Source: an uncultured Spirochaetota bacterium
GTDB lineage: Bacteria > Spirochaetota > Spirochaetia > SZUA-6 > Fen-1364
Direction of reading: 5' to 3'
NCBI GenBank assembly: GCA_963745235.1
Contig: CAVUXE010000009.1
Span: 64,001-128,000 of the forward strand
Length of the DNA: 64,000 nt
The stretch's first letter is position 1; the number at the start of each line of letters is the position of its first letter. Position numbers and translations under genes: made by a program. Shown in pieces: positions 9,085 through 17,815 of this stretch. The notes below the pieces were generated by a model. That model made no database searches. It saw only the letters and a list, made by a program, of their open reading frames with translations, and was not told the DNA's origin.

Positions 9085-9171
9085 GGGCAGCCGCCCTTGC
9101 TCCATCCATGGCGCTGGGGCGTCTGCCTGTACATCCCTGTACGCAGCCGCCCTTGCTCCATCCGTGGAGCT
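9085..9171. repeat. Second cluster of the same hairpin repeat
   Basis: GCAGCCGCCCTTGCTCCATCC occurs twice; GCGTCTGCCTGTACATCCCTGTACGCAGCCGC is near-identical to ~8914-8945. Confidence 0.7.
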
Positions 9172-9258
9172 GGAGAGATGACCGAGTGGCCTAAGGTGCA
9201 CGCTTGGAAGGCGTGTGTACTCGTAAGGGTACCGTGGGTTCGAATCCCACTCTCTCCG
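9172..9258 (+). tRNA. tRNA-Ser(GGA)
   Basis: Anticodon arm CACGC-TTGGAAG-GCGTG, long variable arm. Confidence 0.95.
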
Positions 9259-9260
9259 TA

Positions 9261-9391
9261 CAACCCTCTCGGCGTTGATATCCAGGTCATACGCTATGAG
9301 CTGTTGCCCAACCCCGTCAGGCCCGGAAGGGAGCAGCGGTAAGCAGCGTGCTCATGAGCCGTACCCGGCTTGGGTGGAGCCGAGGGGGTTG
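9261..9391 (+). ncRNA. ffs: Signal recognition particle RNA (small bacterial type)
   Basis: Domain IV motif TCAGGCCCGGAAGGGAGCAGC within a long hairpin; canonical position upstream of dnaX; ends approximate. Confidence 0.9.
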
Positions 9392-9462
9392 CTTTTTCAC
9401 CGCCGGTTGGCTTTCTTATGGCTACGGCCGCCGGATTCGTCAGCGGCGCGGAGGCCTCGTAC

Positions 9463-11013
9463 ATGGCATATGAAGTTACGGCAACTCGAAAACGTCCCCA
9501 GAGCTTCGCTGAGCTGGTGGGCCAGGAGTTTGTTTCCACTACCCTGGCAAGCTCGCTCCGCCAGGGGCGGATTGCGCACGCATACCTGTTCGCAGGTCCC
9601 CGAGGCGTGGGCAAGACATCAGTGGCCCGCATCCTTGCCCGGGCCCTCAACTGCGAGAAAGGCCCCACTGACACCCCCTGCGGCGTGTGCTCCAGCTGCC
9701 AGGAGATCGCCCGCGGGTCTTCTCTTGACGTGATAGAGATCGATGGCGCCTCCAATACGAGCGTGAACGATGTTCGCGAAATACGTGACGAGGTCCTCTT
9801 TGCCCCGAATGCCGGTCGCTTCAAGGTCTACATCATCGACGAAGTCCACATGCTGTCAAACAGCGCCTTCAACGCGCTCCTGAAGACCATCGAAGAACCC
9901 CCCCCCTACATCGTGTTCATATTCGCCACCACGGAGGCTCACAAGGTTCCTCCGACCATCCGCTCCCGCTGCCAGCAGTACAACTTTCGGCTCATCTCAA
10001 CGGCGGAGATCAAGGGGAAGCTCCGGGAGGCGGCCCAGGAGCTTCACGTGGAGGCGGAGGAGAAAGCCCTCACGTGGATCGCCAAGGAGTCCACCGGCTC
10101 GCTTCGCGACGCGTATACCCTGCTGGACCAGGTTGTCTCCTTCTCCGAGGGCTCCATCACGCTGGAGCGAATCAGGGAAAAGCTCGGAGTGCTGGGAATC
10201 GATGAGCTGAACGATTTTGTCCGTCTCCTTCGAGGCGGGGAGATGGCAAAAGTGCTGGAAAGCACGGATGCGCTCCTGGCTACGGGGGTCTCAGTCGAGC
10301 AGTTCGTCGCAGACCTCGCCGAGTATTTCCGCAACCTTCTTTTCCTCGCAAGCGGCATCACCCGGGACACGCTCCTTGGGTTCGCCGCCGAGGACTTCGA
10401 CCAGGCCGTGGTGAGCTCTCTGTCGGCCGCCCAGATCGAGCGGGCCATCGAGCTCCTTCTTTCCCTGTATCGCAATATCCGCTTTTCTCTGAACCAGCGT
10501 TTCGAGCTGGAGCTCACCCTTTCCCGTCTCTCTCAGCTTGACTCCCTCATCAGCGCATCTGAGGTGCGGGAGGCCCTGATGGAGATTCGCGGCGAGCTGC
10601 TGTCCGAGCCGGGCGCCCAGTCGCAGCAGGCAGCGGCCCCGGCGGAGTCTGTCCCTCAGGGGAAACCGGCCCAGGTCCAGACTGCGGCGAAGAGCGTGGC
10701 GGACACGCTTCGCCGTGAGAAGCCCGCTCTTGCCTCCGCGCTGGACCGCGTGGCCTCAGTCCGCCTGGAGGGAGACGACGTGGTGCTGACTTTCTCGGCG
10801 AAGGACCACTTCCAGGGGGAAGTGGTGCTGAAAGACAAGGATATGCTCACGGCCCGGTTCTCAGAGCTCTTTTCCCGCGCCGTTCGGCTCAAGCTGGCTT
10901 TCCTGGAGGCGAAACAAGAGCCCGCCGTGGTCGATCAAAGGGTCGAGCTGCTGCGCAAGGTTTTTCGCGGCGAAGTGGTGAAAGGTGAGGGGCATGGCGA
11001 CCAATCCGTTTGA
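9463..11013 (+). CDS. dnaX: DNA polymerase III subunit gamma/tau
   Basis: RPQSF, GPRGVGKTS, PCGVCSSC, IIDEVHML, TIRSRCQ. Confidence 0.95.
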   Translation: MAYEVTATRKRPQSFAELVGQEFVSTTLASSLRQGRIAHAYLFAGPRGVGKTSVARILARALNCEKGPTDTPCGVCSSCQEIARGSSLDVIEIDGASNTSVNDVREIRDEVLFAPNAGRFKVYIIDEVHMLSNSAFNALLKTIEEPPPYIVFIFATTEAHKVPPTIRSRCQQYNFRLISTAEIKGKLREAAQELHVEAEEKALTWIAKESTGSLRDAYTLLDQVVSFSEGSITLERIREKLGVLGIDELNDFVRLLRGGEMAKVLESTDALLATGVSVEQFVADLAEYFRNLLFLASGITRDTLLGFAAEDFDQAVVSSLSAAQIERAIELLLSLYRNIRFSLNQRFELELTLSRLSQLDSLISASEVREALMEIRGELLSEPGAQSQQAAAPAESVPQGKPAQVQTAAKSVADTLRREKPALASALDRVASVRLEGDDVVLTFSAKDHFQGEVVLKDKDMLTARFSELFSRAVRLKLAFLEAKQEPAVVDQRVELLRKVFRGEVVKGEGHGDQSV

Positions 11014-11317
11014 GATTTTCAAGCAGCTCCAGGGGCTGCAGTCCAAAATGGGCGAGATTCAGGCCAAGCTGAAAACAGTCCGGGCTACCGGCTCGGCCGG
11101 CGGAGGTCTCGTCACCGTGGAGGTGAACGGGCAGATGCAGGTGGAAAAAGTCACCATCGCCCCGGAGGCTGTTGATCCCCGCGACATCCAAATGCTCCAG
11201 GACCTGGTCCTTGCCGCAGTCACCGACGCGCTGGACCGCCTGAAGGAAAAAATCAGGGAGGAGGTGTCCCAGGCGACCGGCATGCTGGGCCTTCCCCCGG
11301 GCTTCCTCGGGCTGTAG
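10994..11317 (+). CDS. ybaB: YbaB/EbfC nucleoid-associated protein
   Basis: GSAGGGLVTVEVNG, LQDLVLAA; located between dnaX and recR. Confidence 0.92.
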   Translation: MATNPFEIFKQLQGLQSKMGEIQAKLKTVRATGSAGGGLVTVEVNGQMQVEKVTIAPEAVDPRDIQMLQDLVLAAVTDALDRLKEKIREEVSQATGMLGLPPGFLGL

Positions 11318-11320
11318 GGG

Positions 11321-11908
11321 ATGAACGCCCTGGAAAGGCTGATCGGGAACCTCGCGCGGCTTCCTGGCCTCGGCAAGAAAAGCGCTTCCCGGATTGCCTA
11401 CTACCTCCTGCGGGCAGATGAGACTCTTGTCAGGTCCCTCGCCGAGGATCTTGCAGGGCTGCGACAGACCATCCGCTCCTGCAGTATCTGCGGGACATAT
11501 ACCGACATCGATCCCTGCTCCATCTGCACTGACCCCTCGCGGGACAGGACGACCATCTGCGTTGTCGAAGAGCCTCGCGATGTGATCACCCTGGAGTCTA
11601 TCCACGAGCACCGGGGGCTCTACCACGTCCTGATGGGCGCCATTTCACCCATCGAAGGCGTGGGACCGTCAAATCTCCGAATAGGTTCGCTGCTGGAGCG
11701 AGTGCAAAAAGGGCACATCCAGGAAGTGATCCTTGCCACCAATCCCACCGTGGAGGGGGAGACGACGGCCCTGTACCTGGTGAAAGAGCTCAAGGAGTCA
11801 GGGGTAAAGATATCCCGCCTGGCCTTCGGGCTGCCCGTAGGCGGGGACCTGGAGTTCGCTGACAAGCAGACTCTTGCCCGCTCTTTCAAAGGCCGCAGCG
11901 CACTCTAG
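11321..11908 (+). CDS. recR: Recombination mediator RecR
   Basis: LPGLGKKSA, CSIC..CSIC, ATNPTVEGETTA. Confidence 0.95.
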   Translation: MNALERLIGNLARLPGLGKKSASRIAYYLLRADETLVRSLAEDLAGLRQTIRSCSICGTYTDIDPCSICTDPSRDRTTICVVEEPRDVITLESIHEHRGLYHVLMGAISPIEGVGPSNLRIGSLLERVQKGHIQEVILATNPTVEGETTALYLVKELKESGVKISRLAFGLPVGGDLEFADKQTLARSFKGRSAL

Positions 11909-11928
11909 CCCGCGGCGGCCATCAGGCT

Positions 11929-13350
11929 CTACAGTTTGTCTACCAGGATCGAGCACTTTCCCGAGGGGATCGGGAGGGTCTTGCTGCGCGCCCCGAACAG
12001 GTCGATGGTGAGGTAGTACAGCTTCTCGCTCTCCAGGTGCACTTCCCATCCGCGGCTGCTCTTCGCGCTGAGTATGGAGATGAGATTCCTCTTCAAGGCC
12101 AGGTCCTCTATCCCCATCAGCTCCAGGGTGGGAATGGTCCAGTCCACTGTCTTGCGAGGAAGCGAGATGTTCAGCCCGATGATGTTTTCCAGCATCAAGG
12201 AGACGGTTGTCAGCGCCGTGTAAGGCACATACATCGTGCGGGGAAAGCCCTTCTTTCCCGGCCACCTGGCCGGGCCTTCCGTATGCGGCGCGTAGGCCTC
12301 GTACAGCGACCCGCGCTTTCCGTTGCCGGTGTACAGGCCGTCCAGCACGTGGTAGAGGTGGCGGATGGCGAACTCCCGGGCGAGGTCGTTGCGCTTGTAC
12401 TTCTCCAGCCCCTTGATGACCATGTAGTTGAACGGCGGGTACACGGAGCCGCGGAAACCCATTCCCATCGGATCAAACCTCTTGTCGCAGACAGCGAGCG
12501 TGGGGAAGGGGTTTTCGATGCCGAACTCGTGCGGGTCCACCAGGTGATCGATGAGCCTCTCACCCCGCGCCTCGTTGGGGATCTCCGCAAGCAGCGGCCA
12601 GAAAGAGGCAATCGTCTTCGTCTTCAGCCGCTTCTCCGACTCGTCCAGGTCGTAGTAGAAGCCGTCTTTCTCATCCCACATCAGGGCACTGATCTTCGTC
12701 TTCAGAGAGAAGTAGGCCTTCTTGTAGGCGTAGTTTGTTTCCTTGTCATTGATGATGTCGGCAAGCTCCGACATGTAGAGCGCTGCCAGGGCCATTTGCG
12801 AGTTGAAGTCGATCGGGTACGCCATTGCCTCGCGCGGGGAGTTCTCCATCATCGTTGCGGAAAGGGGCACCGAGTACAGACCGTTTTCCCTTTTGAAGGT
12901 CGTCTCGATCCAACGGTAGTACTTCTCCAGCACCGGCAGCACTTCCCGGATTCGCTTCTTCACCCCCAACTTGTGGTAGATGTTGTATTCGGCCCATGCG
13001 AAGAGGGGCGGGAGAACTCCCTTGGGGTTGTCCTTGGAATGAACGGGCTTTCCATCCGCCTCGCGATATTCCCCCCGGATTGCTCCGGTCTCCTCTTGCT
13101 TGGAATAGAAGTTGTCGAGGACCGACAGCACGGGAAATATCCTGTTCGAATAGACAAGGAAGAACGACGCAAAGCACGCGTCGAACTGGTTTATCCGCGT
13201 GCTTTCAGGGTGGCTGAAGAACCTGCTGTGGAAACCATTGACTGTTGTGCCCTTCTTCCAGAAGTCCTTGATCAGGATCCACGTTTCGTCATACAGCGCA
13301 ACCAGATCCTGATCGTAGAAGTGTATCTTCGGGAAGTCCTTTTTTACCAC
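11929..13350 (-). CDS. Glycoside hydrolase, trehalase/GH63 (MGH1-like) (alpha/alpha)6 family
   Basis: PPLFAWAE, MENSPR, LMWDEKDGFYYD, FRGSVYPPFNYMVIKGL. Confidence 0.75.
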   Translation of the reverse strand: MVKKDFPKIHFYDQDLVALYDETWILIKDFWKKGTTVNGFHSRFFSHPESTRINQFDACFASFFLVYSNRIFPVLSVLDNFYSKQEETGAIRGEYREADGKPVHSKDNPKGVLPPLFAWAEYNIYHKLGVKKRIREVLPVLEKYYRWIETTFKRENGLYSVPLSATMMENSPREAMAYPIDFNSQMALAALYMSELADIINDKETNYAYKKAYFSLKTKISALMWDEKDGFYYDLDESEKRLKTKTIASFWPLLAEIPNEARGERLIDHLVDPHEFGIENPFPTLAVCDKRFDPMGMGFRGSVYPPFNYMVIKGLEKYKRNDLAREFAIRHLYHVLDGLYTGNGKRGSLYEAYAPHTEGPARWPGKKGFPRTMYVPYTALTTVSLMLENIIGLNISLPRKTVDWTIPTLELMGIEDLALKRNLISILSAKSSRGWEVHLESEKLYYLTIDLFGARSKTLPIPSGKCSILVDKL

Positions 13351-13619
13351 TCACATTCCTCGCTCTCGGGGTCGTATTGTACCATGCCCTCTTCCGTCGT
13401 CAAACGCAATTTTCATCTCCGCATGGAAAAAGCGCGTGCCAAACGCGCCGGCCGTTGACGCCACAGGGAGTTTTCCTGAGTGAGGAAGCGGGGGTGCTCT
13501 GGAGGAAAATGTACGGCGAATCGACCTGCGTCGTCAAGTTTTCGACCCGCCCTTACCCGCCGTCTGCGCGGTTTCTCATCGTCCTTGACACGTATGGGAG
13601 CGCCGGGTTAACTACCGAC

Positions 13620-13898
13620 ATGGATCTGCAGGAGCTTTCCGCAACCGCACGCATGGCGCGGCTCTCCCTCACGCCGGTTGAGATGGAAAAGCTGGGGAAG
13701 GCTGTTGAGCAGATGCTCCAGCATTTTTCCCATATGAAGGAAATCGACGTTGAAGGCCTGTCGCCGACCACCCACGCGCTCCTGCGGGAAAATCGAACCC
13801 GTGATGATGCGGAGCGCACGGAAGACCTCTCTGCCGCGCTGCTGGAAAACGCTCCGCAGCGGGAAGAGCGCTTCATCGTCGTCCCGAACGTACTCTGA
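13620..13898 (+). CDS. gatC: Asp/Glu-tRNA amidotransferase subunit C
   Basis: ARMARL, IDVEGLSPT, TRDD, LENAP..FIVVPNVL. Confidence 0.9.
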   Translation: MDLQELSATARMARLSLTPVEMEKLGKAVEQMLQHFSHMKEIDVEGLSPTTHALLRENRTRDDAERTEDLSAALLENAPQREERFIVVPNVL

Positions 13899-13924
13899 TC
13901 ACCGCGCATCCCCCGGGAGGGGCA

Positions 13925-15397
13925 ATGGACTGGCACGGCACCGCGACAGCTGAAGGATCGCTGGAAAAGTGGAAGAACTTTGCGCAGGCGCGAAATAGGG
14001 ACCTGGGCTGTTTCCTCCAGCTGGACCCTGAGCTCGGTCGTACCTTGTGCATCCGCGCACGCAACGACCTCGCTCCATCCCTGGGGCGGAAGGCGGGCGT
14101 TGCGCGCCGGGAGCCCGTGGAGCTCGGGCGGGAAGGCTCCAGCGCGGACGGACCGCTCGCCGGCGTTCCTTTCGGAGTCAAGGACAACATTGCCGTTCGC
14201 TCGTTCCGTCTCACCTGCGGCTCGCGAATGCTTCGGGACTTCGTCTCCCCCTACTCCGCCACAGTCGTTGAACGCCTTGCACGTGCCGGCGCAGTAGTGG
14301 CGGGGAAGACCAACCTCGACGAGTTCGGGATGGGCTCATCCACTGAAAACTCTGCCCTGGCAGAGACCCGCAATCCCTGGGACACGAGGCGCGTTCCGGG
14401 AGGGTCATCAGGCGGGTCGGCCGCTGCGGTTGCCGCGGGGATCGTGCCTTTTGCCCTTGGAAGCGATACGGGAGGCTCCGTCAGGCAGCCAGCGTCTTTC
14501 TGCGGGGTCTATGGGCTGAAGCCGACCTGGGGTGCCGTCTCGCGCTTCGGGCTGGTGGCCTACGCTTCCTCACTGGAAGTGATCGGCGTCGTGGCCAAGA
14601 CGGTCGATTTTGCTGAACAGGCATTTTCAATCATGCGCGGGCAGGATGCCATGGACCACTCCTCGCTCCAATGGCAGCCCCCGGCGCAGAGGAAAGGGCG
14701 CCTTCGCATCGGAGTGCCTCGGCAGTGCGCGGATGTGCCCATGCACCCGGACGTGAAGAGGACCCTCGAGCGAACACGCGGCATGCTCGCGGACCTGGGG
14801 CACGGGATTGAGGAAGTCTCTTTCCCGACTTTCGACCACGTGGTCTCTTCCTACTATGTCATTGCGACCGCCGAGGCCAGTGCCAACCTGGCCCGGTTCG
14901 ACGGTGTGCGCTATGGACACCGTGCATCCCGGGCAGACAACCCGGAGGAGATGATGCTCCTCTCCCGCACCGAAGGCTTCGGGGACGAGGTCAAGCTGCG
15001 CATCCTCCTGGGCACCTACGTTCTCAGGTCCGGGTTCCAGGACGAGTATTACCTTCGCGCCCAGAAAATCCGCACGGCAATCAGGTTGGACTTCGAGAAG
15101 GCCTTTGCGGGAGTTGACCTCGTCCTGATGCCGGTCTATCCAGTGCCTCCGTTCGAGCGCGGCGGGGCGGATTCTGATCCCTTCTCTCAGAAGCTCGCGG
15201 ACATCTTCACGTGCTCGGCGAACCTTGCGGGGCTCCCTGCCATGTCGTTTCCCGCCTCGGTGGAGAACGGGCTGCCCATCGGCATGCAGTTCCTGGCCCC
15301 TCCCTTTGCCGAAGGGCTGTTGTTCGACATCTGCGGTCAGCTCGAGAAGACCTTTCCCTCCCCTGATGCACCCGGCTACCCGAAAGGCTGGGGGTGA
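13925..15397 (+). CDS. gatA: Asp/Glu-tRNA amidotransferase subunit A
   Basis: Amidase triad motifs VKDNI, GGSSGGS, SDTGGSVRQPA intact; EASANLARFDG. Confidence 0.95.
   Translation: MDWHGTATAEGSLEKWKNFAQARNRDLGCFLQLDPELGRTLCIRARNDLAPSLGRKAGVARREPVELGREGSSADGPLAGVPFGVKDNIAVRSFRLTCGSRMLRDFVSPYSATVVERLARAGAVVAGKTNLDEFGMGSSTENSALAETRNPWDTRRVPGGSSGGSAAAVAAGIVPFALGSDTGGSVRQPASFCGVYGLKPTWGAVSRFGLVAYASSLEVIGVVAKTVDFAEQAFSIMRGQDAMDHSSLQWQPPAQRKGRLRIGVPRQCADVPMHPDVKRTLERTRGMLADLGHGIEEVSFPTFDHVVSSYYVIATAEASANLARFDGVRYGHRASRADNPEEMMLLSRTEGFGDEVKLRILLGTYVLRSGFQDEYYLRAQKIRTAIRLDFEKAFAGVDLVLMPVYPVPPFERGGADSDPFSQKLADIFTCSANLAGLPAMSFPASVENGLPIGMQFLAPPFAEGLLFDICGQLEKTFPSPDAPGYPKGWG
14030..14127 (+). repeat. Copy of the tRNA-spacer hairpin repeat in frame within gatA
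   Basis: 14031-14090 aligns with 8851-8910; GAGCTCGG recurs 90 bp apart (14030 and 14120). Confidence 0.6.
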
Positions 15398-15400
15398 GCC

Positions 15401-17815
15401 ATGTATGCATCATTTCTCGGGCTCGAGGTCCACACCCAGCTCCTGACTCGCTCCAAGGTCTTCTGCAGCTGCCGAGCCGCTTTCGGTGATGAGCCCAACA
15501 GCAATGTCTGCCCCGTCTGCATGGGGTACCCGGGCGTGCTGCCGACGCTGAACGTTGAAGCAATCCGCATGGGCTACGTCGTGGCCCGAGCGCTGAACTG
15601 CACCCTCGCGTCTTCCACGATGTTCGAGCGAAAGAACTACTTCTATCCCGACCTTCCGAAGAACTACCAGATCTCGCAGTTCCGCTCCCCGTTGGGCACC
15701 GACGGGTGGGTCGAGATCGAGCTTCGAAAGCGCAAGAAGCGCGTGCGCATCCGCGAAGTCCACCTGGAGGAAGATGCGGGGAAGATGATCCACGCGGGGG
15801 ACATCACTCTCCTTGATTTCAACCGGACCGGGACGCCTCTCCTGGAGATCGTGACTCAGCCCGACATGGAAGTGGGGGAGGAAGCGGAAGTCTTCCTCCA
15901 GCATCTGCGGCGCTTGGTGCGTTATCTCGGCGTCTGTGACGGCAACATGGAGGAAGGCTCCCTGCGTTGCGACGCAAACGTCTCGGTGAACCTCGAAGGC
16001 AAGGGCCTGGGGAGCAAGGTGGAGGTGAAGAACCTCAACTCCTTCAAGTTCGTCCGAAAGGCCATCGTGTACGAGATAGAGAGGCAGACGGAGATCCTGG
16101 AGCGCGGCGGCTCCGTGACGCAGGAAACGCGCCTCTGGAATGAGAACCGCGACGTGACGGAGGGAATGCGGACCAAGGAAAGCTCATCGGATTACCGCTA
16201 CTTTCCCGAGCCTGACCTGCCGCCCTTTGTTCCCGACAAGGCGTTCCTGGCAACGGTGGAGGCCTCTCTTGTCGAGCTGCCCCAGGCCCGAAGGCGCAGG
16301 TTCATGGAAGAGTTCTCCCTCAGCGAGGACCAGGCTGATTACCTGTGCGAAGAGAAGTCCACCGCTGACTACTTCGAGGAGACGGTCCACCTGGGGGCTG
16401 ATCCGCAAAGCGCGGCGCTGTGGCTGGCCGCTGACGTGAAGAAGCACCTGAACAGGACGGGGGCCAGCCTGTCTGCGAGCCCGCTCACGGCCCGTCGCCT
16501 TGCCGAGCTCCTCAGCCTCCTTGCAGAAAAGCGCATCCACGGGAAGATCGCCAAAGGTGTCCTTGAGAAGGTTTTCGACGAGGACAAGGACCCCCGTGCG
16601 ATCATCCGCGAAAAGGGGTGGGAGCAGATCACGGACCCGGCGGCGCTGGGCGTCCACGTGGATTCCGTGATGAAGGCGAATGCCTCTGTGGTCGCCTCCA
16701 TCCGTTCCGGGGACAGCCGGCAGATCACCTTCCTGATCGGTGAGATCATGAAGGAGACTTCGGGCCGGGCTGATCCGATGCTCGTCCAGGGCCTGGTGAA
16801 GAAGAAGCTTGCCGTGTCGGTGATCCAGATCCTGTCCCTGGGGGGAGCGATTGTCGGCCGCGAATCCGAGCAGGGAGATGTGGTTGCGGGAGACCCTTCC
16901 GAGATCATGCGCGTGGTCGAGGAGGAGGGGCATTTCGGCAGGAAGATCGCCTTCGAGGAAGGTGAGGTCGGCAGGATCCTGAGCGAAGAAATCACGCCGA
17001 GGGACTGGACCCGCCTTGCGGCCGGCCTGGATGAGCACCTGCGCGGCGGCAGGGCATCAGGCATTGTCGTGACGCACGGCACGGATACGCTCGCCTACAC
17101 GGCGTCGCTCGTGTTCTGGCTTTTCTCCCGCCCTCCCGTGCCGATCGTCCTCGCGGCCTCTCTGTCGACACCGGGCAGGGAGAACGGGGATGCCGTCCCC
17201 ACCCTTCGAAAGGCCATCCAGACAGCGGCGGAGGCCGCCCCCGGCGTCTACGTCGTTTTCGGGAGCAAGGTGTTTTCCCCCGTGAACCTGAAGTTCGAGC
17301 GCATGACCGCGGACGGGTTTCGCAACTGGAACATGAAGAAACCCTGCCATACCGCCGGAGCGCTGTTCGACGACCTTTCCCTGGGGGGGGACCGGGAGAA
17401 GCTTCGCGCCCGCCTGGAAGCCGCGATCAACGCAACGCTCATTCTCCGGGTGTACCCCGGCATGCGGGGGGACCACCTCGTGGAGCTCATGGACCGCGGG
17501 GTCAGGAACTTCGTCCTGGAGCTCTATGACACGGGCACGGCAAACCTGCGAGACTCCCCGTATTCCCTTCGCCGCGTTTTCCTGGCCGCGCGGGAGAAGG
17601 GGGTGCATTTCTTCTGTACGTCCCAGCAGGAAGGGATTGTGGATTTTTCCCGCTACGCCAGCTCGCACGAGCTCTGGCGGGAAGGGGCCATTCCCATGGG
17701 CCCGCTCACCACGGAGTCCGCGTGGACAAAGCTTGTCGTGTGCTCGGCCTTCTCCGAGACCGAGGAGGAGATGCTGGCAAGAATGGAGCAGGGAAATGCG
17801 GACTCTTGTCTCTGA
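15401..17815 (+). CDS. gatB: GatB fused to a C-terminal L-asparaginase/GatD-like domain (804 aa)
   Basis: aa 1-470 GatB (GLEVH, RKNYFYPDLPK, HLEEDAGK, LRCDANVS, YRYFPEPDL, Yqey tail); aa ~472-804 LGGAI, SEEITP, VVTHGTDT, TTESAWTKL. Confidence 0.92.
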   Translation: MYASFLGLEVHTQLLTRSKVFCSCRAAFGDEPNSNVCPVCMGYPGVLPTLNVEAIRMGYVVARALNCTLASSTMFERKNYFYPDLPKNYQISQFRSPLGTDGWVEIELRKRKKRVRIREVHLEEDAGKMIHAGDITLLDFNRTGTPLLEIVTQPDMEVGEEAEVFLQHLRRLVRYLGVCDGNMEEGSLRCDANVSVNLEGKGLGSKVEVKNLNSFKFVRKAIVYEIERQTEILERGGSVTQETRLWNENRDVTEGMRTKESSSDYRYFPEPDLPPFVPDKAFLATVEASLVELPQARRRRFMEEFSLSEDQADYLCEEKSTADYFEETVHLGADPQSAALWLAADVKKHLNRTGASLSASPLTARRLAELLSLLAEKRIHGKIAKGVLEKVFDEDKDPRAIIREKGWEQITDPAALGVHVDSVMKANASVVASIRSGDSRQITFLIGEIMKETSGRADPMLVQGLVKKKLAVSVIQILSLGGAIVGRESEQGDVVAGDPSEIMRVVEEEGHFGRKIAFEEGEVGRILSEEITPRDWTRLAAGLDEHLRGGRASGIVVTHGTDTLAYTASLVFWLFSRPPVPIVLAASLSTPGRENGDAVPTLRKAIQTAAEAAPGVYVVFGSKVFSPVNLKFERMTADGFRNWNMKKPCHTAGALFDDLSLGGDREKLRARLEAAINATLILRVYPGMRGDHLVELMDRGVRNFVLELYDTGTANLRDSPYSLRRVFLAAREKGVHFFCTSQQEGIVDFSRYASSHELWREGAIPMGPLTTESAWTKLVVCSAFSETEEEMLARMEQGNADSCL

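Noticed and set aside
8775-9171. CRISPR array
   Set aside because: Repeats are degenerate, nested and irregularly spaced, with no unique spacers or cas genes
12037-13458. 473-aa plus-strand ORF and similar long antisense ORFs (e.g. 5161-6315, 26309-27496, 39479-40678)
   Set aside because: Shadow frames of well-supported genes in high-GC DNA, with no protein motifs
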